A stretch of DNA of 64,000 nucleotides from Octopus sinensis. Lineage: Eukaryota. The notes under the pieces were generated by a model that searched no databases, had not been told where the DNA came from, and saw nothing but the letters and a program-made list of their open reading frames with translations. The stretch covers positions 3,720,001 through 3,784,000 of the forward strand of contig NC_043019.1 of NCBI RefSeq assembly GCF_006345805.1, given 5' to 3'. Shown here piece by piece: positions 11,267-23,108 of the stretch. Each line of letters starts with the position of its first letter. Position 1 is the first letter of the stretch. The position numbers were made by a program, and so were the translations under genes.

Positions 11267-12443
11267 GTAAATCATTTTTTTTTTACCAACTCCCTAAGAA
11301 TATTATTTATTCTTTCTTCTTACTTGTTTCAGTCATTACACTGTGGCCATGCTGGGGCACTGCCCCGAGGGGTTTAGTTTGGCAAACAAATCAACCCCAG
11401 TATTAGTTTTTTTGACATCCCCCCTCTTCCCCAACACTTTGCTTTTGTTTGGAGATTTATTCTGTTTTTTCCTTTTTACTTGCTGCACTGCTAAGTTAAG
11501 GGATGTAAACAAACCAACACCAGTTGTGGGGTACAAAACATACACATACAACGGGTTTTGTTTTGGTTTCAAATACTACTACAATATTGTAGTTCTGGAT
11601 AAAGGCTATATAGAATAGGCTACTTGTTAATGACACTATATGAAACAGGTATTGCCTATTTGGGTAAGAAGGTGCTTCCCAACTACATGGTGTTGGGTTC
11701 AGCCCCACCGTGTTGCACATTGGGGTGGTGTCTTCAACTATAGCCCAAAGCTGACCAAAGCCCTGTGAGTGAATTTGGTGGATGGGAACTAAAAGAAGCT
11801 TGTATGTGTGTAGGCTTGTTTGCTTGTTTCGACATTGTGTTTCAGAGGTGAATGAGTATTATTGTCAAGCAGTGTCATTCTGTGTAAACATGTATGACCA
11901 AGTGGAAATATCTTGCATGGGAAGAGGCAAGGGTTGGTGATAGAGAGAGCATCCCAGCTGTAGAAAATCTACTTCAATAAACTTCATCCAACCTATGTTA
12001 GTATTAAAACTGGATGTTAAAATACTGGGTCTCATCAAACTCTACAAAGGCATCAATTGCTCTGCCTCGCCAAATCCACAGCCAGGTACAACAGGTGTGT
12101 GTGTTGTATAAAATCGATGGAAGAGTGTAGCACGGCTGTTGCATGTGGATGGAACCGCATGAATGCAAAACAGGACGAAACCCAGGTATCAGTGGCGAAG
12201 CGGGGTTAGTGGGGTCCGAGCCCCCCCCCCCATTCCATCTGTAATGTCTTCTGGTCTGTCATAGCATTCGATTTCTCCGATTTCATTATATGTTTGTAAT
12301 TATGTGTAAATTTTTAATTTCATCCTTTGTGTAAAATCATTCGTGAATCTGACCCCAAATCAGGCTGTATTGTCCCCTCTTTGTTCACCCCTTGTGGGTA
12401 ATAAAAAACAGGTACAACAGGTGTGTGTTGTATGTTTATGATA

Positions 12444-13220
12444 CAGTCAACTCTCGCTACTATGCCACCCTGCGGGACTGAGCCAAAGTGGCATAGTACC
12501 GAGGGTTTGTTATCTAAACACTACATAACCAAAAATTTACTGAACATATGAATAAAAATTCATAGGGTCGGAAGTAAGGCCAATAAGAAGTTCAATGCAA
12601 TGGTAAAAAGAAGGCATCCAAGTTTATTAAGTTCAGATTGCTTTTAGTTAATCCCGAAGCTCTCAAAAATTGTCAGCTGACGCATCTTCTTTCGGCGGAT
12701 TTCATTCATTTCGTTGTCTAGCCTATCACACGCCTGCACGACGCTGGGTTTTCCGCTGCTCTGCTGCTGCATAAACTTTCGGATAGTGCTCCATGCTCTC
12801 TGGGCATCTGCAAACGAAACGTATTCCTCTTCCACAATTACCTCGTCGTCTTCACTTTCCACCGGCTCTTCGTTATGCATTACCTTCTTTGCTATTTCTT
12901 CTAGAGTGAAACATGTCGGACAGTACAAGGGACAGTAACTTGTCACAGATATTACTAATGATATGAGGGGCCCGACAATAACGTTTTTCGCAGCATCGAT
13001 AATCTCCTTCTTTTCCTTCAGCGTAAACTCAGTCCGCTTGCGTTTCTGAGCTGAGACATTGTGTGCTACTTTCTGAACTTTTCCACAAGATTACAAATAC
13101 GAAATGTACAAAATTTCAAAAAGTTGCGTGCGCTTCAGTTTACAAGTGGCATAGTAAAAATTTTTTGTTTGTTATTTGGCCAGGACCGCGCAAAACTGGC
13201 ATAGTAGCAAGAGTTGACTG
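12444..13220 (-). mobile_element. internally deleted Tigger/pogo (Tc1-mariner superfamily) transposon, 777 bp
   Basis: 24-bp TIRs CAGTCAACTCT(C/T)GCTACTATGCCA with TA TSD at both ends. The minus strand keeps a CENP-B-like N-terminus (QKRKRTEFTLKEKKEII) and C-terminus (RRKKMRQLTIFESF). No DDD core is visible. Confidence 0.9.
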
Positions 13221-13282
13221 TATTAACTTCATTGTAATCTATTAGTTTGTCCAACTGACGTATTTTTATTTTCCATTTCTAG

Positions 13283-13366
13283 CAATGTGGTGGAGAAATG
13301 TGTGTCTCATTCCTCAAGACAAGAACGAGCATTTCTAATTGAGGAAGTTTGCTCAATGAATGATGG
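13283..13366 (+). CDS. pum: pumilio exon: end of R7 and start of R7-R8 loop
   Basis: ttctAG|C acceptor and GATGG|GTAAGT donor. 84 bp, phase 2 to 2. Encodes [29 protein letters not shown]. Confidence 0.96.
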
Positions 13367-13817
13367 GTAAGTTCGTTTTTTTTAAAAATTATCTTTAAAA
13401 TTTTTATTGGCTCAATTTGAAGGAAACCAACGGTGTTCTGCACAGGTCCTCCCAACATGGTCTGATTGGCATACTTTTAACCCTTCAGTGTTCAGTTTAC
13501 TTTGTCAAATGCAGTTGCTTATTTATTCACATAATTTTCAATTCATTATTGCATTATCTCGTGGCCTCAAGATCTCACTGATGTGACTGTTTAGTTTTAG
13601 AATTACATTGCTAGATATGTGAAAGGCCAGATCTGACCAATTTAACCCTTTTGTTACCAACCCGGCTGAAACCGGCTCTGGCTCTGCAGTACAAGTGTCT
13701 TGTTTTCATAAATTTTGAATTAAAATCTTCCACCAAACCTTAGTCACAAATACTGTTCCTAACACTAGCTTAAACCTTTTGTTACCAACCCGGCTAAAAC
13801 CATCTCTGGCTCTGTAG

Positions 13818-14007
13818 TAGTTAGTTAGTTAATTTTTTGGCTCAAAAGCAAAAAGCAAGGCCATGTAGGGGGACATGGAGTTAAGTACAGGGTGGTGTTC
13901 ATGTAAAGAGTTCAGGCCACTTGAGGTCAAGGAGACTTTGAACAAAGCGGTCGTCGGCATCTTCACCATCTCGTCTGGCAGCTTGTTCCACGGATCCGCA
14001 ACCCGGA
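13818..14007 (-). mobile_element. 5'-truncated CR1-type LINE 3' end nested in a TTAA MITE
   Basis: Reverse complement of ~30830-31021 (…DPWNKLPDEMVKMPTTA…) with a (TAAC)n tail. Confidence 0.8.
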
Positions 14008-14996
14008 ATGTCTTGTTTTCATAAATTTTGAATTAAAATCTTGCACCAAACCTTAGTCACAATTTATGTTCCTAACACTAGCTGAATGATAACAAAGTTA
14101 TTCTACTAAATTCTTTGTTATATCTAAAATAATTGAGAGAAACACTGAAAATCTCAAAATAAATACAGTAATGAAAGGGTTAAACATACTTCCTTTATCC
14201 TGCTATTTGAATTGTCCCATAAATGGGCTGTTAACAATCTAAAAAAATACTGCTTTTTTGGTCAATATTTTAATTGATGGAAATATCAAAAACTTATTGG
14301 CTTCAGTATGTATGGTGAACTTTAAAAATCTAATTTCTAAAATTATTTTTTGTTTTTGTCTATTTGAGAATTACAAAACTATAATAGAAGACGCAAAAAA
14401 AAAATCCACTGTACTTCATCACATTACTTTAAATAGCATTGTCTTTTTACCTGTGCTCACCTGTAATTTGAGTAGTTTTCAAGTCAATTCTGTATTTGTG
14501 AGAGCTTTTCATTGTTCCAAACACAACTTAAATATATTAATAAATTTTAAAAATGTAAGTAGTTTTAGGAAACCAGTCTAAAATTTCAGTTTTAGAAAAC
14601 CATCTTTGTGTATTTTAATTTGAAATCCAATAATGAAAGGGTCTAATACTTGAAATTATATACTCTGGACTTTAATCCTGTAGCATTCAGATTTCTGTCA
14701 AATGTAATGCTTATTGTTGTGAAATACGGCCTCCTGACACCAACACAGCTCCAACAGCCAAGTCAGCGGCTGAGAAACCACAGCCCAGCCCCAGCAAGTC
14801 AACTTGCTCAGAGTGGAAATAGCAGTTGTACCTGGCTGGATGTCTTGCATGATGTGGTTCTTTGTTGCCCGGGTTCACTTTCACCGGTTCCATCACATCT
14901 TTTCTCTGACCATCTTTGTTGCCAACTTCACACTGACTGTAGTCCCTTGTTGCCTAAACGTAACATCAACTGTTCACATTGTCAAACTCGCATCAC

Positions 14997-15058
<62 letters not shown>

Positions 15059-15074
15059 ATATATATATATATTT

Positions 15075-15305
15075 TTCTTTACTACCCACAAGGGGCTAAA
15101 CATAGCGGAGACAAACAAACAAGGACAGACAAAGGGATTAAGTTGATTACATCGACCCAGTGCAAAACTGGTACTTTATTTATTGACCCCGAGAGGATGA
15201 AAGGCAAAGTCGACCTCGGTGGAATTTGAACTCAGAACGTAACGACAGATGAAATACCGCCAAGCATTTCGTCCGGTGTGCTAGCGATTCTACCAGCTCA
15301 CTGCC
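15075..15305 (-). mobile_element. SINE family B monomer
   Basis: Matches the family B consensus. Other monomers at ~5700-5900, 30215-30427, 32722-32950, 36840-37020, 38715-38950, 39453-39665 and 62962-63195. Confidence 0.85.
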
Positions 15306-15529
15306 TTATCACTAGTTTATATAGTACACCTCACAGTAAAAAGCATGCAAAAAGAAAACGTACAGCATGCTTTAAATCAGTCACATGATCTGTGAACGTT
15401 ATTTCTCGTTAGAATTAATTATTAATCCAGTATTGGTTTTCTTCTGTAGAACTAGAGAACTGTAGCAGTATCATTTGAATTTTATATTTCTCACAATATT
15501 TCTCCTTCATAATATTATTTATTCATATT

Positions 15530-15932
15530 GCCGTTGCCAGCGCCGCCCCGACTGGCCTCGTGCCGGTGGCACGTAAAAAGCACCATCCGTCCGTGGCCGT
15601 TTGCCAGCTTCGCCTGGCCCCCGTGCTGGTGGCACGTAAAAAGCACCATCCGTCCGTGGCCGTTTGCCAGCTTCGCCTGGCCCCCGTGCTGGTGGCACGT
15701 AAAAAGCACCATCTGTCCGTGGCCGTTTGCCAGCCCCGTCTGGCACCTGTGTCGGTGGCACGTAAAAAGCACCCACTACACTCACGGAGTGGTTGGCGTT
15801 AGGAAGGGCATCCAGCCGTAGAAACACTGCCAGATCAGACTGGGCCTGGTGCACCCTTCTGGCTTCCCAGACCCCAGTTGAACTGTCCAACCCATGCTAG
15901 CATGGAAAGCGGACGCTAAATGATGATGATTG
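15530..15932 (+). mobile_element. retroposon family C with 63-bp tandem 5' repeats
   Basis: Units start at 15560, 15623, 15686 and 15749, followed by the family C body and (GAT)n tail. Confidence 0.8.
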
Positions 15933-16163
15933 ATGTGAACTATTTGTGCATCACCTTGTGGATTTGAGATTTCAGTGATTGCTTATTTTTAAAATGACAT
16001 TGTTGGGTAGATGTGAGAGGCCAGAAGTGGGCCAGCTTGAAAATAAAACAGCTTGTTTGGGGCCGGGTGTGGTTGGTTTAAATGCTAAAGGGTTAATGAA
16101 CAATCTAGTAACTTATTGGTGTTTGTGTGTTGCTGTAATATAACTAATGTATTTTTCTGTTAG

Positions 16164-16407
16164 TCCCCACAGTGCCTTGTATACAATGATGAAGGACCAG
16201 TTTGCTAACTATGTTGTACAGAAGATGATTGATGTGGCAGAACCTGCTCAACGCAAGAGTCTAATGCACAAGATCCGTCCACACATTGCCACTTTGCGCA
16301 AGTACACTTATGGGAAACACATCTTGGCAAAACTGGAGAAGTTCTTCATGAAAACAAACTCGGACATGCCTCAAATGAACATGACACAGAATGGACCTCT
16401 TCCCTGA
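16164..16407 (+). CDS. pum: pumilio terminal coding exon: R8, R8' and stop
   Basis: gttAG|TCCCCAC acceptor, with an alternative in-frame AG giving exon start 16173. Encodes [23 protein letters not shown]...[23 protein letters not shown] at 16405-16407. Confidence 0.97.
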
Positions 16408-16716
16408 GGTGACTTTTTCACAGCTTAACCTATTTTAGGCAATGGATGTTTTTTTTTTTTTTTTCATTTTCTATTTTTTTTTTTAAAGATAAAATTTCCC
16501 CCCTCCCCCACCTCATTGTCATAAAAGGATAAGTTAGTTAAAATGCGGGCTGGTAGATTGGTTGATGACCTTGATACAGTGTTAAGAAATGTCTAATTCT
16601 AGAGATGATGGTGAATAGACATGGAGCCCTAAATCAAATTCTATTGTAGCTGCACACTTACACACACACACACACACACACATAAACATACATGCATGCA
16701 CACACACACACACATG

Positions 16717-16754
<38 letters not shown>

Positions 16755-19447
16755 TACAAGTTATAACTTCCCCCATCCCCTGTGCAGTACCTTGCACCAA
16801 TGTTTTGTATCTGGTTGTGGTATTATTCCTATATAATGATCACTTAAGTTGTTTTAGATATTGGGATCTACATGTAGCATTATCAAGTTCATTATCTTAT
16901 TTACTCCCCACCCCCTTTCCCCCTTTGTTCAACAGCCCCCTCCCCCGCCCCCCTCCTCCATGTCTTTTTTAGTATCGGTGTTATGTGTGTGTTACTGATT
17001 TGAAATCTCAGACAATTCATATTAAATTTGACAGTTTGTGAAACTTCCCATGTTGATGTCATGACAAATTGACTTTTAGTGAGGTAAATGTTTATTATTG
17101 AACTGAATCATTCTTTGTTGATGAAACTTGGAAATTTGTAGATTTTATGTGAACAAGCTGCCATATCCTTGAACACACCACACAAATTTCTCGTATATGT
17201 ATGTATATTTTATATATATATATATATATATGCATATAAAAAAAAATGCCAGTTTTAGATTCTGATATTGTGAACTGTTTCCATTGGTCACTTAAAGAGC
17301 AATTATTCAAATTATTGTAATACTTTTTCATATTTTATTTTAATTTTTTTTTTTTTTTGCCTAATATGCTTAACCTGTTTATTACCTGTTGTATGTCAAT
17401 ATATCTATATATGTATGAATATACATATGCAAAAAAAAAAAAGAAAAAATTCACCCTTAAAGAACAAAGGTAATAGTGAACTTTGACATTGCTACTTGTG
17501 TCTCCAATTTTGAACATTTTCTTTTTCTATCCTTCACCCTTACTGTTTATGCTGGGAAATCACTTAAATATTTCACCCTGAACTCCAAATTTAAACTTTA
17601 TTCTATGTATGTATTCACTGCTGTGCCCCCGACTTCGAACTGCCCCCACTTTAAACACATCCAGTTGACTGTTGGCATTAAATTTAGTCAAGTTAAGATT
17701 ATTATCTTCTAAAAAAAAATTTTTTTTTTTTTTTATAGACCAGACTCAAATTTTCTATTATCTCCCTGCTTAGTTACTGGTGTTGACTTGTATAAGCTAC
17801 CAAGTCACTAGATAGTTTGTCTCTACAATTTGGTATGTTCTTTTTTATATCATAGAACATGATTTACTCAATTTTGTATTTCTGGCCAACAGATCAGCCA
17901 GTGCTTTTTATTTCTGTTCCTCTCCAGAAATAATCCCGTTTCAGCATAGTAATTTGATTAAGGAATGGGATTAACCATTTCATTTGATTCAACATAAGTG
18001 CTTATTTAGAGGTTTTGATTCTTCAGTGAAGCTGTCTTAATTTTCTTTATCTAAGCTTTTTTTTTTTTTTAAATATATATATATATATATATATCTTTTA
18101 GTTTTAGTTTTCTCAAGATTTATCATCTTTCTCAAGTCTAGACAAACTTTGTCTATATGTCTTCCCTTTTTTTTTTTTGTTTTAACATGTAGTAACCATT
18201 TTCCCTCCTCTCTCTCTCTCTCTCTCTTAGTGTCCATTCTTCAATTTATTCTGATATTTGTTTCAAAAAACTCTTCAAAAGTCAGCTAATGCTGTGACTG
18301 AGTTCCATCTCTCTCAGTATGTGAAGTTTAGTTATGTTACTGTGTTCTAGAACCGAGTGCCAACTCATCTGCTTGCATTTCTCTCTGGAATCTCTGATCC
18401 TTCTCTCAATAGTTACCAATTTCAAGAGTTTCAGTGACTCTGCTCATCATTCCCCCCCAACCCTCTGCTACGATTAATTCCTGTCCAGCACTATTTGGCA
18501 CTTTTAAAAAAAAAGGTAGTTCATCTTTTCCATTTTTTTTTTTTTTCTTTCTTCTTAATTTCTAAACTGAACCATCCAAATTCTCCTCTGAATCATTTTA
18601 GTTAGTTTAGACAATCTTCCTCCAGTTGGTTGTAGCAGCAAAATTGTGAAATAAAAACTGTAAAGTGTAAATATGTGTGTACACAGGTTCCATCTGTATA
18701 TTCACATTTCTCGCTCTTTCATCCCACCACCATTCCACCATCATTATCTTTGTAAGTAATAAGGTGTCTCTCTCTGCTATCATTGCTCTGTGATGTGGTG
18801 TGGTGTATCTATCTATCTATGTATGTATGTGTGCGTGTGTATGCATGTTTTTTCTTTTTCCTCCTCACTCTCCTTCAGAATAGTGAGGCTGTTTGTCTTT
18901 CTGTCTACAAATATACACACACATGCTCACATACACACATGGTGACCTCCCCCACTGACAAGCAACAGGAGCGGTGGTCGTAGATGTGTTGTCACCGTCA
19001 CTGCTGTTCATCCATCACAGGTGGGTCCTTACCGCTGCCATTTGATGTGATAGTATTTTTTTCATTGATGAAGCTTTTTTGGAGTTGTAAGAGAAACATG
19101 AAAATTTGTAATCTTACGTGGAAAAGATGCCACGATTCTGTTGTAAATCAAGCTGGCATTTTGTTGGAACAAACTTTATTATAAATTTTAGATTTTTTTT
19201 TTATCCCCCCCTCCACTAAAATTAAATCCTTGAAAATGTTTTTAATTTAAACTTTCCAATAAAACCTTGTTGGCAGCGTGCCATTTTTTAGTTCTCGTGT
19301 TTGTCTCATCTAAAATGTTTTAAAGTAGGCAATCAATATGGTTTTGTTTTATATATACAATATAATTATATATATATATACATATATATGTATGTATATA
19401 TTTATTAAGGTGGTGCTCCAGCATGGCCGTAGTTAAATGACAAAAGA

Positions 19448-19483
<36 letters not shown>

Positions 19484-20005
19484 TTATATCTTAATTTTGT
19501 AATCATTTCCTTTGCTGTTGATCTTTGTCTAGTGTGTAGATATCTGGTAGTGATATATATATTCAAATTTTTTTTTTAAAACTAAGAACAATCTCAAAAC
19601 AAAAAAATATTTTACTCTTGAAGAGGTTTGTTTCGACAAAATGTTCTGGCCATTCTTCTTGTTTCTTTATGCATCTTGGCTGTACATTCTTGTAGGATTT
19701 GAAATTCTTGTATAGTTGTAATATAGCTGGCAACGGTATTGTACAGACTACTGGGTGCTATGTTTGTATCATGAAGTCTTAATTTTGATATCATTGTACA
19801 GTTTCTGCCATATATTTGTTGTCCGAACATTTCAGTAATCCATGTCTTCTGTCGGTGGTGTGTGTTTATATATATATATATATACATATATATAGTTGTA
19901 TGGGCTGTAGTGGCTATATTGGTCACCTGCATCCTACATCTACTGATATTTCCTGCTTTTGATCTGTAATTAAATCTTAACAAATCTATTTCTATTTTCT
20001 CTTCC

Positions 20006-20042
<37 letters not shown>

Positions 20043-21469
20043 CCCTCTCTATCCAAAAACTGCCACAAATATTCCTGTGCAGACGTGAAGTGTGAACGTA
20101 TGTGAAGCTTGTAAAGCCATCAAGCTAAATGCCTCTTAATTCTGGTTTAAGTTTTATACGTGCGCGTGTGTGTGTGTAGATGTAAGTATATGTACGCATA
20201 TATGTATGTACGCATGTTATATGTATGCTTGTGTATATGTGCGAATGTATGTACATGCGTATTTCTGCATGTGTATATGTGTGTACGTATATGTACTCCC
20301 ATGTATGTAGGTATATATATATATATGTATGTACGTACGTACGTAGGTAAGATATGTATATGCATGTAGGTGTGTGTGTATGTAGATATGTATGTATATA
20401 TAATCAGATTGTACATGTTATTTAATAGCCTTTTGATGGGAGACCTTCAACACCGTAACCCCCCAAGCCCTCTTTATAAATAGTTTATTGTACATTTATT
20501 CCGTTTCATGCTAAAAGAATGCATTCTTTGTAATTACTCTGTAAATAAGAATTAAAAACAAAATACTGTTTCAGTACCTATTTAACAATCCCCTATTTCT
20601 GTCACATGACTGATCGGTGAACAAGGAGAGGGAGTGACATACTTCTCTAGTTGACCTCAGACACTAACCACACTCGCTCACTCTTTCTCTCTCCATCCCT
20701 TTAGAACCTTCATACATATATCTCCAAATCCTTTTTGTAGAATGATGTAAATCTGTATAATAAAAAAAAACCATCACAATAATCTGACTCTGTCACCCTG
20801 TGTAATATATCTGTATACTATGTATATTTAAAGAAAACCAACAGGCAACCCATGTGTTGCCATAATCCCATATCAGTTCTGGATATCAGAACTAATTTTT
20901 TTTTTTTTAAATCTCTTTAAATTTAAAGACAAATACCAAACCTTGTGTAGATATATAAATAGACAGTTTTTGATCTTTATTTTGGTTCAATAACTCCTGT
21001 ATATAGAATGATTAAAAGACAAAAAAAATAAAAGTCCATACACATTAACTTTCTGCCACACATGCTGGTTACGTGCTGTCTGGATTAAAGGGCGATATAT
21101 ATCATGTTACATCATCTCCATCATTACTTATGTCAGTTTGACCTGAAGGTAACATTCCTATGTATAAAACAAAAAACACAACAAAAGGTGTAGAAGTTTG
21201 CGAGTGACTGAGTGAATGGATGGTTGGATGCTTGGCTTGGACGAGTGGGACGACATTTTAAGTGTAGCTGTGATCCAGATTTTTCCTTTTTAGCCATAAC
21301 GTTTCTGTTCGTTTTTGAAACTAGTTTTAAATTCTTCTCCTTATTTTGGGAGTTGATTGAAGATCTCGAAATAACAAAAAACTTTAATTCAATTGAATAT
21401 CAAATGCTGTATGTTATTTTATGTATTTTCTTTCTTTTTTTTTTATTTCCTCAAGTGTAGGTTCTGATA

Positions 21470-21860
21470 CTATATATGTATTTATATATATTATATATAT
21501 ATATTTGCATATATTTGCATATGTATTTATGTGCATGCATATGCATGCGTAGATGTGTATATGCGTTTATTTGCATATACTTGTGTATACATATATGTAT
21601 GTGTATGTACATGTGTATATGCATATATACATGTGTAAATGCATGTATATATATGCACATGTACATGTGTATATGCATATATATACATACATGTATATGC
21701 ATGTGTATATATATGCACATGTACATGTGTATATGCATATATATATATATATATATACATGTGTAAATGCGTGTATATATACACCTGTATATACACGTGT
21801 ATGTGCATATACGTATAGATGTGTATACACACTGTGTAGATTTTACTACTGTATATATCC
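21470..21860. repeat. degenerate alternating purine-pyrimidine (TA/TG/CA) minisatellite
   Basis: Recurrent catgtgtatatgcatatata units, with five TGTATATA matches (21644, 21704, 21772, 21786, 21850). Confidence 0.85.
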
Positions 21861-23012
21861 TAATGTAAGTGTTCATGGATGCAGGTATGATCAAGTGGTT
21901 AATGAGTTTACTTTGTGGTCATGCTCTGGGTTTGATCCCAGTGTGTGGCTTGTTGGAAGCAAGTAATGTTTTGCTATCGCCTCAAATCTTACAAATTGAG
22001 ATTGGGTCGACAAAACGGTGTAAAAGCCCGTCGGGTGGATTGTACCTGTGTTTTCAAAACGCTTGGCATTGTACAGATTCAGCCTGAGAAACAATGTCTG
22101 TGGAATACTCGGCCACTTCCTAACGAATTAATTTAAATGAGGCAGCAGTAGTTCAGTTGCTTGAACAGTGGTAATACTCATTGTGAAGGCCAGATTTCCA
22201 TCACATTATGCTAATGTCTCGGTTAATTGTAAATTGAAAATAAAAAGAAAAAAAAATCTAGGCATTTAAATTTTTTGTTTTTAAAACCAACTTTAAAATA
22301 CAGTTCTCTGCCAATACATATTGGTGAATTCCTCAGATAATCATATTATTTAATACCAAGCTATTATGACATTTTTTCCCCCCCACATAATTCCATATTT
22401 CATTATGTTAATATTTCACCAGTATCTAAGATATTTTTTCAGTTCATTTCCTTCCCCCATTTCTCTTTTCTTTAAGCTAAACTTTTAAAAAAAAAATTTT
22501 TTTTTTAAAAATAAGCAAAGGAAAAAGAAAAAAAATCTCCATTCTATTTATTAATTTTCTATGTTAACATATCAAAATATTCACCAAAACATTATATTCT
22601 TCAGTTAGCATCTGAAATTTGCTTTTGCTTTCACATTAAGTCATATGGAATTTGTTTCCGATTCCATGAACCGTTAGCTTTACTCTGTTATCTTAGCATT
22701 TCATCCAGGTCTCCTTACTCTCCGAACAGTCAAAACTCTTTTAAAATATTACACGCCTACCTTATTTATTTTTTCTCTACAACTCCTCTCCTTTTCTTCT
22801 CAGTTAAGTTATTTCATATTTCTGTTGACAATTTTAACTTTTTTTTTTTTTTGTAAATATGAATGCTTTGTCTTCCTGTAAGCAAACTTTAGGTAATGTT
22901 TATCAAATGTGTGTAAGTTATGTATGTATGTATGTATGTATATGTCTGTGTGTGTATGAACGTATGTGCTTGTATATTTTCTCCCAAAAGGTGTTTTGAT
23001 TTGATGGCTTTT

Positions 23013-23108
23013 AAGTGTGTATAAATCTAATCTTTTTGAAGTGTGTATAAAATCCAATTTTTTTTGAGTATGTATAAATCAAACTTTTTTGAGTGTGTAT
23101 AAATTCAA
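23013..23108 (+). repeat. four degenerate 25-28 bp tandem units (agtgtgtataaat..aa.tttttg)
   Basis: Units start at about 23013, 23039, 23067 and 23092. Confidence 0.8.

Noticed and set aside
12190-12400. CAGTGGCG start suggesting a hAT MITE
   Set aside because: No matching second TIR or TSD was found.
15519-15890. ORFs with 21-aa repeats
   Set aside because: They are by-products of the 63-bp retroposon repeat, open in several frames.
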